The notes under the pieces are model-generated. The model searched no databases, was not told the DNA's origin, and saw nothing but the letters and a program-made list of their open reading frames with translations. DNA of 64,000 bases from Laetmonice hystrix (taxonomy: Eukaryota), in NCBI GenBank assembly GCA_965235115.1, contig OZ249436.1, forward strand, positions 4,280,001 through 4,344,000, read 5' to 3'. A program made the translations under genes and the position numbers. The stretch's first letter is position 1. Each line of letters starts with the position of its first letter. Shown piece after piece: positions 52,012-64,000 of the stretch.

Positions 52012-52417
52012 CAAACCCGCTACAAATCTACCGCATCGAGAGGGTTGAACGTATCTCTGTGGTAAACCAGGCACAGGTCGCTCAAACCCGCTACAAATCT
52101 ACCGCATCGAGAGGGTTGAACGTATCTCTGTGATAAACCAGGCACAGATCGCTCAAACCCGCTACAAATCTACCGCACACCTCTGGCTACATCGAGAGGG
52201 TTGATCGTCTCTCTGTGATAAACCAGGCACAGATCGCTCAAACCCGCTACAAATCTACCGCACACTTCTGGCTACATCGAGAGGGTTGAACGTCTCTCTG
52301 TAATAAACCAGGCACAGTTCGTACTAACCCGCTACAAATCTACCACACACTTCTGGCTACATCGAGAGGGTTGATCGTCTCTCTGTACATGATGAGCCAG
52401 GCACAGTTCGCTCAAAC
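52012..52417. repeat. Minisatellite, ~71-87 bp unit, 5 copies
   Basis: AAACCCGCTACAAATCTACCGCA(CACTTCTGGCTACA)TCGAGAGGGTTGAACGT.TCTCTGTGATAAACCAGGCACAGATCGCTC. Confidence 0.9.
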
Positions 52418-53503
52418 AGACTGAATTCCTGCACAGATTATGAATTAAGAGGTTACGGACTTTAATGAAAGCCCTTGTTACCGATGATGGTTATTTCTTC
52501 TTTTTTTTCTTAATCTGGTCGGCATACGCGTTGCATGGTTATAATGTATTAGACCTACAGTTTCGACTCATGACCTATTGTTTTAATGCGTCTTTGCTTT
52601 AAAATGAAAAGACATGACATAACAGTTAATGTCTATTTTAACCCGTTCCACTCCACCATGGCCTTGTGTAGACCCGTTTATATCTAGAGAGACCCCCTAC
52701 CCAGGTCACATCTGGCACTCGCTAACGTTCAGGTCCCCCATAATATACACACTGTACACACGACAAACAATGCCCTATAATGAATGTTAGGAAAGAAACT
52801 CCATGTCTGTATAGAGGATTCTGTTATATATTATTTTCTTGATTTCTATGAATCTACGACTCGAGGGCAATAAAGAAACGCTTTGGTATTTCCGTGCGAC
52901 TGTACATTCCTAACCCGAACATAGTACATGTAGGTACCTATACGTATTACTATATATTTGGAAGATCTCTCAACAGTGAAGAGCTACTCTATGACAAGCA
53001 ATAATATTATTGTTCAACATTCTGAAGAAGTCGCACCCCCATCCATAGTTTCTAATACAAACGATTAAAACTCGCGTCTCACAGCGAAAGTTGACAAGAA
53101 ATATCACCCTGTAAACATCAGAAAGGGTTTGTATACACATGGTGGCTGCCATTGGTCTGGTATCTTGACAACAAGTGACAAAATGAGGCCCTGGGGTGTG
53201 TCTAGACGCCGGTGTTTGCTCGCCAATGTGGCACTGCGCACAAACGAATCTTAAATGTGGTATGTTACGTAAGTGATACCTCTTCTTAGAGCCCTCCTCG
53301 GGTTGCCGTTAGGAACTGATCAGGTGACAAGACATTATGCAAATTGACACACCCCCACGTGTTCATATTTACCCTCTGTCACCTTTCGCCTCAAAGACGT
53401 AGGTCAGGAAAAAAAGGGGGCCCTGCACAAAACGACATCGTCACACGGGGGGTTTAGAGTTTTCATCGATCATCGAATGATGAAATTTTAAGAGCGCGGG
53501 TAA

Positions 53504-53842
53504 AAATTATACAGACCTTATAAATGTTGATACCATAGTTACATATTTACTAGTTCACTATGTTCCCAAATGTCACCTGCATCTTATGCAGCAAGCCTGT
53601 GAGGTTCAATCTAGCTGAGACTGTCACCATTCAGTCTACCATCCGGGATAAGGACCCATTCCGAAGTCTGTGTTCAAATTATATAGACCTTATAAATGTT
53701 GATACCATAGAACATGTTTACTAGTTCACTATGTTCCCAAATGTCACCTTCATCTTGTGCAGCAAACCTGTGAGGTTCAATCTAGCTGAGACTGTCACCT
53801 TTCAGTCTACCATCCGGGATAAGGATCCATTCAGAAGTCTGT
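53504..53842. repeat. Tandem duplication of ~172 bp (2 copies)
   Basis: AAATTATA.AGACCTTATAAATGTTGATACCATAG...GAAGTCTGT at 53504 and 53676. Confidence 0.9.
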
Positions 53843-53864
53843 AAAGTGCTCACATGGAGGTTTA

Positions 53865-54055
53865 GGGCCCGGGTTTTTGACCTCATGCTCACCGTTTTGC
53901 TCACCGCCCCCCCCCCCCCCCCCCGTGAGCTTGCTCACCGTGAGCACGCCTCACGGGGGAAAACAGCAAAACGATGAGCATGAGCTTCATGCTCACCCTT
54001 GCTCAGCTCAGCTCAGCCTTGCTCACGGTGGAAAAGTAAACAAAAAACCGGGCCC
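53865..54055. mobile_element. MITE, ~190 bp, Harbinger/Tourist-like (tentative)
   Basis: TIRs GGGCCCGGGTTTTT / AAAAAACCGGGCCC (1 mismatch). Flanking triplets TAG/CAG may be a mutated 3-bp TSD. The interior is built from GCTCAC/GTGAGC motifs in both orientations. Confidence 0.7.
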
Positions 54056-57000
54056 AGGACGAGTGTGGGTACATTGTCACGACAAGACGTAATCGTGACC
54101 TTTGACCTGGGACCTCCGTGATAGTGTCGTTGTTTTCCCTCATCAAACCCTCTCTGTCCTCTGTCCACAGACAGAGACAGCTGTGCGATAGGGATTGAGG
54201 TGTCACCAAGGTGTGTCCGTCTAAACCAACCTGGCCACACGTGAGCTGACCGTATAGAGTTCGGACTCGACCGTTGACGATGACGTAACCCAGCCCGAGC
54301 CAAGCCTCGCCACGGGTGCGTGCGCACACGCCACTGTCTCCCGTAGGTCAACACTATATGTATACTACTAGGATATATTTGTAATAGAGGCCAGAGTTCC
54401 ATCAATCACAGGTAGTCGTTACGGGTGGCAATGGAACGCTCTGGTCACGTCGGTGTTTCTGGTGACGTTACACAACGCTGCGTCTCTGGGAGATACGACC
54501 TTTGTGACGTAAGGGAACCCCGTCCGTCAGCACTCGTGTACGGACTACAGAAAGAACCAATTGTATCGCTCTCAAGACATGAAGTAGGATTAAGATCGGG
54601 TTTGCTATTGCAATAAGACAGTGACAATGGGGGAGAAGTGGGTTGTTGGGGGTGATGGGGTGATTCTGTTTGGAATCGATCAAAGCGGGTGTAATGTACC
54701 GCCACTGAACTGTTAACTGACGAGCTTGTGTTTATACCCTGTTAATACCAAGCTAATACCACCGACATCCCTTACCGAGTTGCCGACCACAAAGAGCCGT
54801 ATGCCGGTACTGTCGCCAATCTGGGCGGACGACGAGAAAAGCTATGTAATTCGAGCCGCTAATTAGTGAACGCGATTGTCAACGCACTTTACTTCCCGAC
54901 TTGATGCGTCTTAATAAGGTTTTGCAAACACAAGAGCGCATTCTAAACGACCATAGAACACTGAGGATATCTTGTTGAGGAACCGGGTGGCTTTGAAGGC
55001 TTTGAAAGGGACCAGCGACTTGATGAACAACACAGGCAGAAGAAAGTGTTTCAATAGATAATCCTTTTTATTTTTCAGCGGTGTTTGAAAAGAAGCGACT
55101 TTTTAACAAAGAACAATATGACAACATCCTATCAATCAGGCTGTCCGATTGTAATATGTCACGGAAATACTGGTTGAAAAAAACTTTAAACCTGGGAACA
55201 AACTTGTTAAAATCTTAATTATAGACACTTCTGTTTTTATTATTATTTATCTTATTGATTGGGTTAACTGGACTGAAAAATCTAGAAAAAAAATATAAAG
55301 AAACATCATCAGGCATCGTTCTTTTCAGCCTCAATGAAACAAATATTTTAAAAAACATCATTGCTTTTGTCATTTGTCTTCAGGCGCAGCTGTCCCAAAT
55401 GAAAGGCACGAGCATCTTCAAGGAATGATATCTGCAGAGGTGCATTCCTTGGTCAGCAGATCTACAGGTTTAGTGACGACAGAAGGGACACTAAAAATGT
55501 TTCCATTAATCTTATTAGTTCTGGACGGCCTCCAGAGGTCTTATAATGTTTCGCATCTAATGGCCACCGCAGAATTCTTTACTCACGAACCACAACTATG
55601 GATTGCAGCGTGGGGAATTATTGCCATCGTGGAATACAACATGAAACCCCCAGGAAAAAGATATAAATATATGAAAATGGGTTCTTGACACAGGGTTCTG
55701 TAATTCGGTTGATGAGTGCTTCGGTCAATATTCGGTAAATGTCCAGAAAATGACCCATAAAATCGTTTACTAAAGGTCGCTTTAAGGGTGATAGTTCAAC
55801 ACAGCGAATTTTAGTTGTATTAGTTGTCCTAAATGATGACACAAATGTTTGTCTAATATCTCTGACACCTTACCACGAGCAAAGAGGATTAAATACTGTA
55901 ATTCTCACTTAATCCGTTATGTCAACGATACTGTGCCCGCCGAATAACCACGGATATTAAGATTAACGTGGCCTGTACTGTGGAATACCTTTGTTGTCAT
56001 TAATCAGAGTTAATCACAACAATTTTCATTTAGAAAGATTTTCGAAATTCTATCTTTTTACACGTGAGAAGAGAAAGCTACTTGCGGTGTCAGGTCTGAC
56101 GTTCAGGCGTCAAGTAGCGGCGACGTCGATGTAACGTGGCAGCCGGAAGTAATACGCAAGACTACTTCCGGACGCGCCCGAGAGTTTCAGTGACTCGCGT
56201 CAGTCTGTCTGGGTCCGGCTGACGGTCCGTGGAGACTGGGACAAGTTTACAACCCCGCTGCTAGCCCTTGATTTCCCTTGATTCTAGGACAAGTTTACAA
56301 CCCGTGTTTTCGTGGAAAACTTTTATGTCTGGCCCACACATCATCGACAGCAAGCACATTAACAGCGCGACGTTTTTTCTGTCTATGTAGGGTTACCGTG
56401 CAAACACATGTTATATAAGGCTTAACAAAAATCCCATGAAATATTAAACATTAGGAAAGTACTTGATGTTGGAAGTATTTGATGTTGGTTAATTATTAAA
56501 TTCGTGACAGGTTGTGTGGCACTTTACATCACGTGTGTATGATAGATCTATAAATGCACATTATTGCGCAAGCCTGTGTGCATGCATGCATGTATACTAC
56601 GTAGTTAAAAACATGCTCATAGAAAAAAAAATCCCCCTTTGCATGGAAACATCAATTTATGGAAAGATACATGAAAATTAGTCTATTTTCAAAACGGTCG
56701 CAAGAAGGTTTCAATGACTCAGTGAACAAAGTTCTCAACCTTTCAACTCTGTGCCCGAGATGTACACCTGTAGACCTGGTAGAACATACGAGATACCCTG
56801 AAGTCGAGCAGGTACGGCAGGTGGTGATAACTAACCAACCCTAGCTTCTCGGACGCCATGACGTCACGGTCAGGACGTATTACATGTAACCCGGCATGGC
56901 GGTGACATCTGACACTCATTGCTCATTAAGGGGAGACTTCCTCATTAAGGTCACAATATTATAATAGTTAGATTGACAATAATAACAGGAAGTCTAAATA

Positions 57001-57724
57001 AGCACAGTTTTTAGAGAGGCCATATTGGGATGTATGTACAATCTTTGTATATTATATAGGCCTTGGCCCTATATTATATTTTAGGGTAAAGGTTCAGCAT
57101 ATCTCCATCGATGTTGCCTATCTTAAGTGCAATATCCTAAGTAGATCTGATACGAATTTGCATATAGGATCAGGGGTCAATTGAATTGTTATTTTGTTTA
57201 TTTTGTATTCATAAATCTTACAAACAAGGACGCCGGTCTAGAAGCCGTGTTTATTCTTGTCCCTGTCGTCGGATTAATCAACTCCGGTCAAGTGTAATGA
57301 GGCCGGAAGACTAAAGCTTACGTGTTAGTCCCTAAAGCCACGCAGCGGGAATTGAAGTGACAAATGTCAACTTACGATTAAACGTAATCTTGCAATGATT
57401 AGTGTCATTTTGACTGTGGCCAATAAAGGTGTTTGAAAGAGAAGGACCCGGTGTCTGACCCAGTGCGGGACGGTTCAGGAAGTGCGGGACGGGCGGGCGG
57501 TACCAACCGGAAGTTATTGACAGGCGTTGGTGAAGACAATGTCAGGGATGGGGCGGTGTAGGCAGACCGCTGGGGTCTGTCTGTGAACGCCAGGTGCAGT
57601 GGTTAACGTGGCCGCAGGGTTACCATGGTATCTGGGTTCTCTCTACCGTTACAATTTGAACGACAAACATTTTGTATCAAGAGTACACGCAGGACGAAGA
57701 TGTGACTTATTGTTCATAACCATT

Positions 57725-58338
57725 CTGCATGTCAACTATAATTGTAGATTGTAAAGCCTTTGAACTCTGCATGCATATTAACTATAACTGCACCAAACCA
57801 GGGGCTGTAGATTGTTAGGCCTTCAAATTCTGCTTGCATATTAACTATAACTGCACCAAACCATGGGCTGTAGATTGTTAGGCCTTCGAATTCTGCATGC
57901 ATATTAACTATAACTGCACCAAACCAGGGGCTGTAGATTGTTAGGCCTTCAAATTCTGCTTGCATGTTAAGTTATAACTGCACCAAACCATGGGCTGTAG
58001 ATTGTTAGGCCTTCGAATTCTGCTTGCATGTTAAGTTATAACTGCACCAAACCATGGGCTGTAGATTGTTAGGCCTTCGAATTCTGCTTGCATGTTAAGT
58101 TATAACTGCAACAAACCAGGGGCTGTAGATTGTTAGGCCTTCGAATTCTGCATGCATGTTAAGTTATAACTGCAACAAACCAGGGCTGTAGATTGTAAAG
58201 CCTTCGAATTCTGCATGCATATTAACTATAACTGCACCAAACCAGGGGCTGTAGATTGTAAGGCCTTCGAATTCTGCATGCATGTTAAGTTATAACTGCA
58301 CCAAACCAGGGGCTGTAGATTGTTAGGCCTTCGAATTC
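57725..58338. repeat. Minisatellite, 63 bp unit, ~9-10 copies
   Basis: Unit TGCATATTAACTATAACTGCACCAAACCAGGGGCTGTAGATTGTTAGGCCTTCGAATTCTGCA. Confidence 0.94.
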
Positions 58339-58730
58339 TTTTTTTTTTCCTCTTCATTTCATTTCCCATTTAATCTAACGATTGTGACGTTAATGCTGAC
58401 TAGTTTATCGGATGCATTTTTGTCTTTATAAACTTCAAGAAAAAAAAAACGGTTGTTGTCCAAACAATGCATAGAATCAGACTCGCTAAATCTTGTTTTA
58501 ATTTAGATGACCACTTACCATGCAGATTTCAGACATGTCCACCACTCAAATAGTCATAATCTTTTATGTCCAGTTGATTCTCTGGCTCTGAATCTGCCAG
58601 CTCTGCCACTTGGAAACCCCACTTTGATCGAGCTTCCTGAGCCCGTACAATGTGTTTGTGAAGCTATAAGAGTAATCCCCAACAGTTATAACGTATTGGA
58701 CGGATTGGCGTAGAAATGGTTGGTTTAGCA

Positions 58731-58823
58731 CATTTCTGTTACATTGAACCCTCATTTCTGTTACATTGAACCCTCATTTCTGTTACATTGAACCCTCATT
58801 TCTGTTACATTGAACCCTCATTC
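58731..58823. repeat. 22 bp tandem repeat, 4 copies
   Basis: CATTTCTGTTACATTGAACCCT. Confidence 0.92.
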
Positions 58824-61800
58824 TCAAGGAAAAGAAACAGTAGGTGAATCAAAAGAAAAGAAAAAAAAGAACGTTGACGAGCGTAGCCAAAGGCAACAGG
58901 TGCCGTGTTAAAACACGAATCCATCACTATGGCAACATCTGAACTGTACAAACTGCGCGCGTCTTCAAAGGATGTATGTCCTTCCACCCTACCTATACTT
59001 TCCCCGGACATGGCCAGCACAAATTGAACTTAACACGCGGAAGTTGTGAATCAAATCTTGAAATATGTACAATTGCACGGCGGTAAAATGAGTGAGTCGG
59101 GGAGAGCGCGTGGGAGGCTAATGAGAGACGGCAGGTCGATAACGCCACGCACCCGGCGAGAGCACCGCGAGATCTCCTCACGCATGCGTGCTGGGGTTAT
59201 GGCGCGCGCTGTCTGCTCTCTCATCCCCACCCCTGCGAGCCTTACAATTACCCCACCCGCCACTTCACCCCACGCCGGGACCCTCTCTTAACCCACAGCG
59301 CGCCCTGGTGGTCACTGTTGGCAATCATCCTGTGCGTGTACCAAGTAGTACATATTCAATCGAGTTAAAATTCTTATGTTGACGAACAATGGCCGTTCAG
59401 TGAAGGGTATACCACTGTGACCTGTCCGTGTAATTAAGGGCACACGGATATCACCGTAAACAGAGAGATATTTTATTTTTGCTACCAATGAGGCATGCAT
59501 GCGTATACATAAAGGATACAAATAGGCCATTCAATAACCTTGAATGGACCCGCTTCAGTATCGCACGGGCGGGTTATTTACATTATACAGTGTTTGAGGC
59601 TGGAGTGGCGAGCAACGCTTAATGAGGGTGGTAGTAATTATAAGGGTATTCTACAGCTTTCTCTTTATTCCGAGTGGTGAGCAGACATCTACATCTCACT
59701 GTGTAGGGTTTATATGAATCTGGTTGTGCCCACACTATACGCCGTGATAGCCGGTGAAGAGCGAGTGGAGTGGGTCTGGTCACACTTGTGGGCACCGATG
59801 CAACAGTATTTGTGTAACTCTCCTTTGATGTTTGCTGTCGGACGCGTGGCTCATCGTTAACTACCGCCTCCTATTGTTATCAATGATAATAACTCGTTAT
59901 CAGCAGCGAACGCGACGCCTCTAGCTTGTGCCTATATGGTGATTGAAAGATGATTGGCGTGGCGACTGTAGCGTGACCGTCACAGGGCCTCTCTTTGAAG
60001 TCGGCCACCAGGTGGCCAGCCCTTGTCTTGCCCGCCATGATGGCCCGATTCATGCAGAGGTAATTGACATCCCGAATGTCACTACAAAGGAGGGCATCTA
60101 CATGCAAAGTGGTGGCAATATAGAACTTCTGTAGTGACAAGCGGCTAATGGGTAGACGGAATAGATTTGTTTTGTGTCAAATCCACTCTATGTATGTTTG
60201 GCTGTAAGTATCATACATGTAGGCCTAGGTATGCTAAGATTAACATGTGTGCTTATAGGCCTATGTAATATATTAGGCCTATGTATGTAGGCCGACTCAA
60301 TATGCCTCATATAAAAAATGGGTAAATATGTCATGCGATTCACGTTGTATAGTTGTGAATGTGCTGTCTTGTGTTTTCCCTTTCGGCAGTTCATAAGCGT
60401 TAATATCGTTGGCAAAGGTCACACTTAGATAATGAAAGCGCCCATTCGGTACAAAGAGTGCCCTTGAGGTTTCTGAGGTCTAGTTCAATAGACCGTCGGC
60501 TGCTGCTCATTTGCTTAGAGCGTTGACTTAATCAGTTGAGGAAATCAGGCGTAATAATCTCGAGAAAATATTGCCTGTCATTATTATCTGATTCTATATA
60601 CTACTGTCATGAGGGCGTTACGTTACCATAGCGAGAGTCTGCTGTCAGTGTGTGGGTAGGAACAATGAACGGCCATCCTCGCCAACCCTTTGATGTGTCC
60701 ATCTTCCGAGTGTGGACGCCACTGATGCGCTGTTAACGTCACATGACGTTGTCAGACGGTGTCCGTACAAGATTACATCGCGCTGTCTGCCCGGACACCA
60801 ACTACATATTCCCGAAACCTAAGCCGCCGGTTTGGTGCCTAACTAGTTTTTAATGTGAGCTTTGATCGTCGACAGCGGACGACGGTCCATTGTTAAGTGT
60901 TACAAAGTCACGGCCTATGCTCATGCATTCAGCGAAAGCGCGTCGCTCTGGTCTGATTGTCTACAGAGGGGTTTATCGCTCTGGGGTGGATTATCATTAA
61001 GCCTAGGGCAGGAGTCGGACTACCCCGACCATCCTTTGATCGCACTGCAGGGAACGCAGTGAGCGTTCCCATCGAGCTCACTTCCCGTGATGCTATAGAA
61101 AATGATTGGCGTCCTCCCCCCCCCCCCCCCCGAGTGCATAAATTCACAGTTATTATTTTTCACATCAGAACTCTAAAAACACCTGCCTGTATAAAACAGA
61201 AGTCAAACCACCTGGTTTTGAAAACTAGGACACACTGACCTTGGATGGACGTGAAAGATGGTTCTGATACGAGGCGGAAACAAATATCGTTAGATGCAGT
61301 CTGGTTTTGTTTGAAATCATCGGTAATACAAATAGAAAACAAATATAACAAACGGACCGTGTAGAGTATAGTGAATACAATATTGTATGGGTCAATAATT
61401 ATGGCATAGCCATGCGCAGATTTTTTTTTTTCATTTTGAGAGCAGTGACCGATGTCAAGAGTTTATGCCATGGGAATGGGATGTATTGTACTTTTTCATG
61501 GGTACCATTTTATTTATTTATTGTATGAATTATTCGTTATGTAAAATGTCATACAAACCCCTACCATGCAGGCACAGCAACCTTACACGGGATGACTTAT
61601 ATTTAAAAACAACTTTTATAATAGAGGTCATCTAACGACAATGTAAACTTTCGACCTGGCACTACATCAGGTTATCTGAGCACATAGAAAGGGTTTAATA
61701 ATGTAATCATTTGATAGGACTTATAACTTAACCTGCAGTTGTAAATCAATCGTTATACTTGACTTTATTACGTAATATTATTTCTGGTATAGGGTTTTGT

Positions 61801-61981
61801 GTTGACTTCTTCCACATATGCAATGAAAAAGCACAATAGAAACAGACAAAGGTATCGGTGTTAACACCTCGAGGTTATGTAATAACCTAACGGTTCTATC
61901 CGACCTTCATGTCACGTCAAGTGCTGTTATTATACCACTGAAACGGTTCGGGAAAATTATCTACTCCTGATCATAATTATA

Positions 61982-62351
61982 CACTGAAAAACTTTGCTTC
62001 TTCATAATGACTAATAACGATTCTGTCCATCGCCGAGACAACAAAGTTTTTAAGTCATTCCGACTAACCTGTTCGTCAGAATACGTCATTCTGCCTTAGA
62101 ACTTGTCCGTCAGAATACGTCATTCTGACTAACTTGTTCGTTAGAATACGTCATTCTGACTAACTTGTCCGTTAGAATACGTCATTCTGACTAACTTGTT
62201 CGTCAGAATACGTCATTCTGACTAACTTGTTCGTCAGAATACGTCATTCTGACTAACTTGTCCGTTAGAATACGTCATTCTGACTAACTTGTTCGTCAGA
62301 TGGACATATGACAACCCGTTATTAGTTATGACGAAGCAAAGTTTTTCAGTG
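61982..62351. mobile_element. Non-autonomous CACTG-ended (CMC/EnSpm-like) TIR element carrying an internal 31 bp satellite
   Basis: Left end CACTGAAAAACTTTGCTTCTTCATAATGACTAATAACG versus right end CGTTATTAGTTATGACGAAGCAAAGTTTTTCAGTG. The inverted similarity extends to TGTCCATC/GATGGACA. The interior is ~8 x 31 bp. Confidence 0.8.
62055..62300. repeat. 31 bp tandem repeat, ~8 copies, inside the TIR element
   Basis: Unit GTCATTCTGACTAACTTGT(T/C)CGT(C/T)AGAATAC. Confidence 0.93.
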
Positions 62352-62557
62352 AAGTGATCAACTCTTGTTTTTAATGATTCAGTATCGACCCATACATATC
62401 GGATATCAGACCCATTCCATCATCATTTACAGGTAAGGCTAATGTCCTGGTTTCCTTTGATACAAAAACAAGACATGATGAAGTCCCATGATATCCGTAT
62501 AGGCTTTGAGTCAAGTTCGCATAGGTCATAATAACAGAATCCCGTCCAGAGATTGGA

Positions 62558-62920
62558 AATAAAAGGTCAAAGAACTCACTAACTGTGTCCAGAACCTATA
62601 CAACAGACACGTGGTCGTGTGATCAAACAATAAAAGGTCAAAGAACTCACTAACTGTGTACAGAACCTACACAACAGACACGTGGTCGTGTGATCGAACA
62701 ATAAAAGGTCAAAGAACTCACTAACTGTGTACAGAACCTACACAACAGACACGTGGTCGTGTGATCAAACAATAAAAGGTCAAAGAACTCACTAACTGTG
62801 TACAGAACCTACACAACAGACACGTGGTCGTGTGATCAAACAATAAAAGGTCAAAGAACTCACTAACTGTGTACAGAACCTACACAACAGACACGTGGTC
62901 GTGTGATCAAACAATAAAAG
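62558..62920. repeat. Minisatellite, 71 bp unit, 5 copies
   Basis: Unit AATAAAAGGTCAAAGAACTCACTAACTGTGTACAGAACCTACACAACAGACACGTGGTCGTGTGATCAAAC. Confidence 0.94.
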
Positions 62921-64000
62921 TCGCTGCTAACACATGCAGGAAACATTCACTCGTGCCGAATAATGATCGACGCTTTCATCAATTAGCGGTGTGCCCAACA
63001 CGACCATCTTCCTTCAGTTGATGGAGCGTTCGTCAAAGACCGTCACGATGGGATTCCTTCCTGTTTGGGGTTCACCCCCCCCCCCCCCCCCACACTCCGC
63101 CCGTGGAACCAACATGCGGCGAGGGGCAACATGGTGGGGGGGGGGAGGTAATAGGGCCTAATTGGCCACCGCCACACGGCGACCCGCTGAATTCCAAAAG
63201 GTTGTAAAGACAAGACCTTACGGAATGATGCCTACTGTCGCTTTGATCCACAGCTTGGAGTCCGACCACCAGACCCGGGTTGTCCTAGTCGTTAATTGAC
63301 ACAGACAATACGACCCCCCGTGTCGAGAACGGGCGCCATGGTGGTTAACGAGTTTGTCGATAGGGGGCGCCACGGCGGGCGTCACGACAAGGACGTGTGA
63401 TCAGCTTCTGCGTGCACCCCTCGTGAATAAACCCTTGAAGAAACCTTCATTGTCCTGGCTAATTGGATAATTACACCTGTATCTTTATTGTAAAATATTG
63501 TTTGAATCACATCGCACCGCCTTTTTATGCCTGAAGACGTTCAGGTAAGGTCCATGTTGTTGCCACCAGTGGTATATACCCACACACTGGTCGACCAGAA
63601 TTTTCATTGTTTTCCCCACAACTTTCCGCCTCGGTCATAGAATATATAAACGCCTACCGCCGGCACCATACCAGTATACATAACAAACTACCAAACACTC
63701 TTAAACTTCCTGATTTCTGTCAGAGCCAGCAACATAAACCTGACTCTCAAATCACTTGTCTACATGTACGTGCGGGTAAATACCCGTATGTTTATAAAGC
63801 TCCACAAGACTCTTTTCACCACCCTGACATTTACAACCACTATACTTATTAGATTTTGAGAATCTTTGAGCTTCAAATTGGTACTAGCCAATACGGAAAT
63901 TATATTTGAAAGTTCCACCTTTTACAAAGTACTAGAACTATAGGGTATGGAAACATAAAATTTCGGACACAGTATAGGCCCCATACACAAGACATGTTAT

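Noticed and set aside
57588..57645. Possible tRNA-derived SINE head (GGTGCAGTGGTTAA...GGGTTC)
   Set aside because: The A-box-like motif is present but the B-box is poor, with no cloverleaf, tail or TSD.

Overview
This is eukaryotic (animal, probably invertebrate) genomic DNA, not prokaryotic. The only credible protein-coding gene in 64 kb is an intronless neurogenin-family proneural bHLH gene on the minus strand (43563-44540, 325 aa). It has a plausible TATA/CCAAT promoter and a ~1.3 kb 3' UTR. The rest is a gene desert. About a third of the window (hand estimate ~22-23 kb) is ~25 almost all unrelated, highly homogeneous minisatellite arrays with 22-172 bp units, interleaved with GC-rich unique islands that may be enhancers. 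There are also several non-autonomous TIR elements/MITEs (one carrying an internal satellite), a 73-bp near-perfect palindrome and candidate CTCF sites. The most interesting signal is that several arrays multimerise recognisable regulatory motifs around a proneural gene: HES plus CSL, NR5A/FTZ-F1, AP-1, YY1/Pho, the CAGATG E-box, 5' splice sites and G-quadruplexes. The motifs are seen directly, but any function is inference and could be chance. There is no CRISPR array, tRNA/rRNA or transposase, and I cannot claim a demonstrably new biological system from sequence alone. Unit lengths and copy numbers were counted by eye and are approximate.
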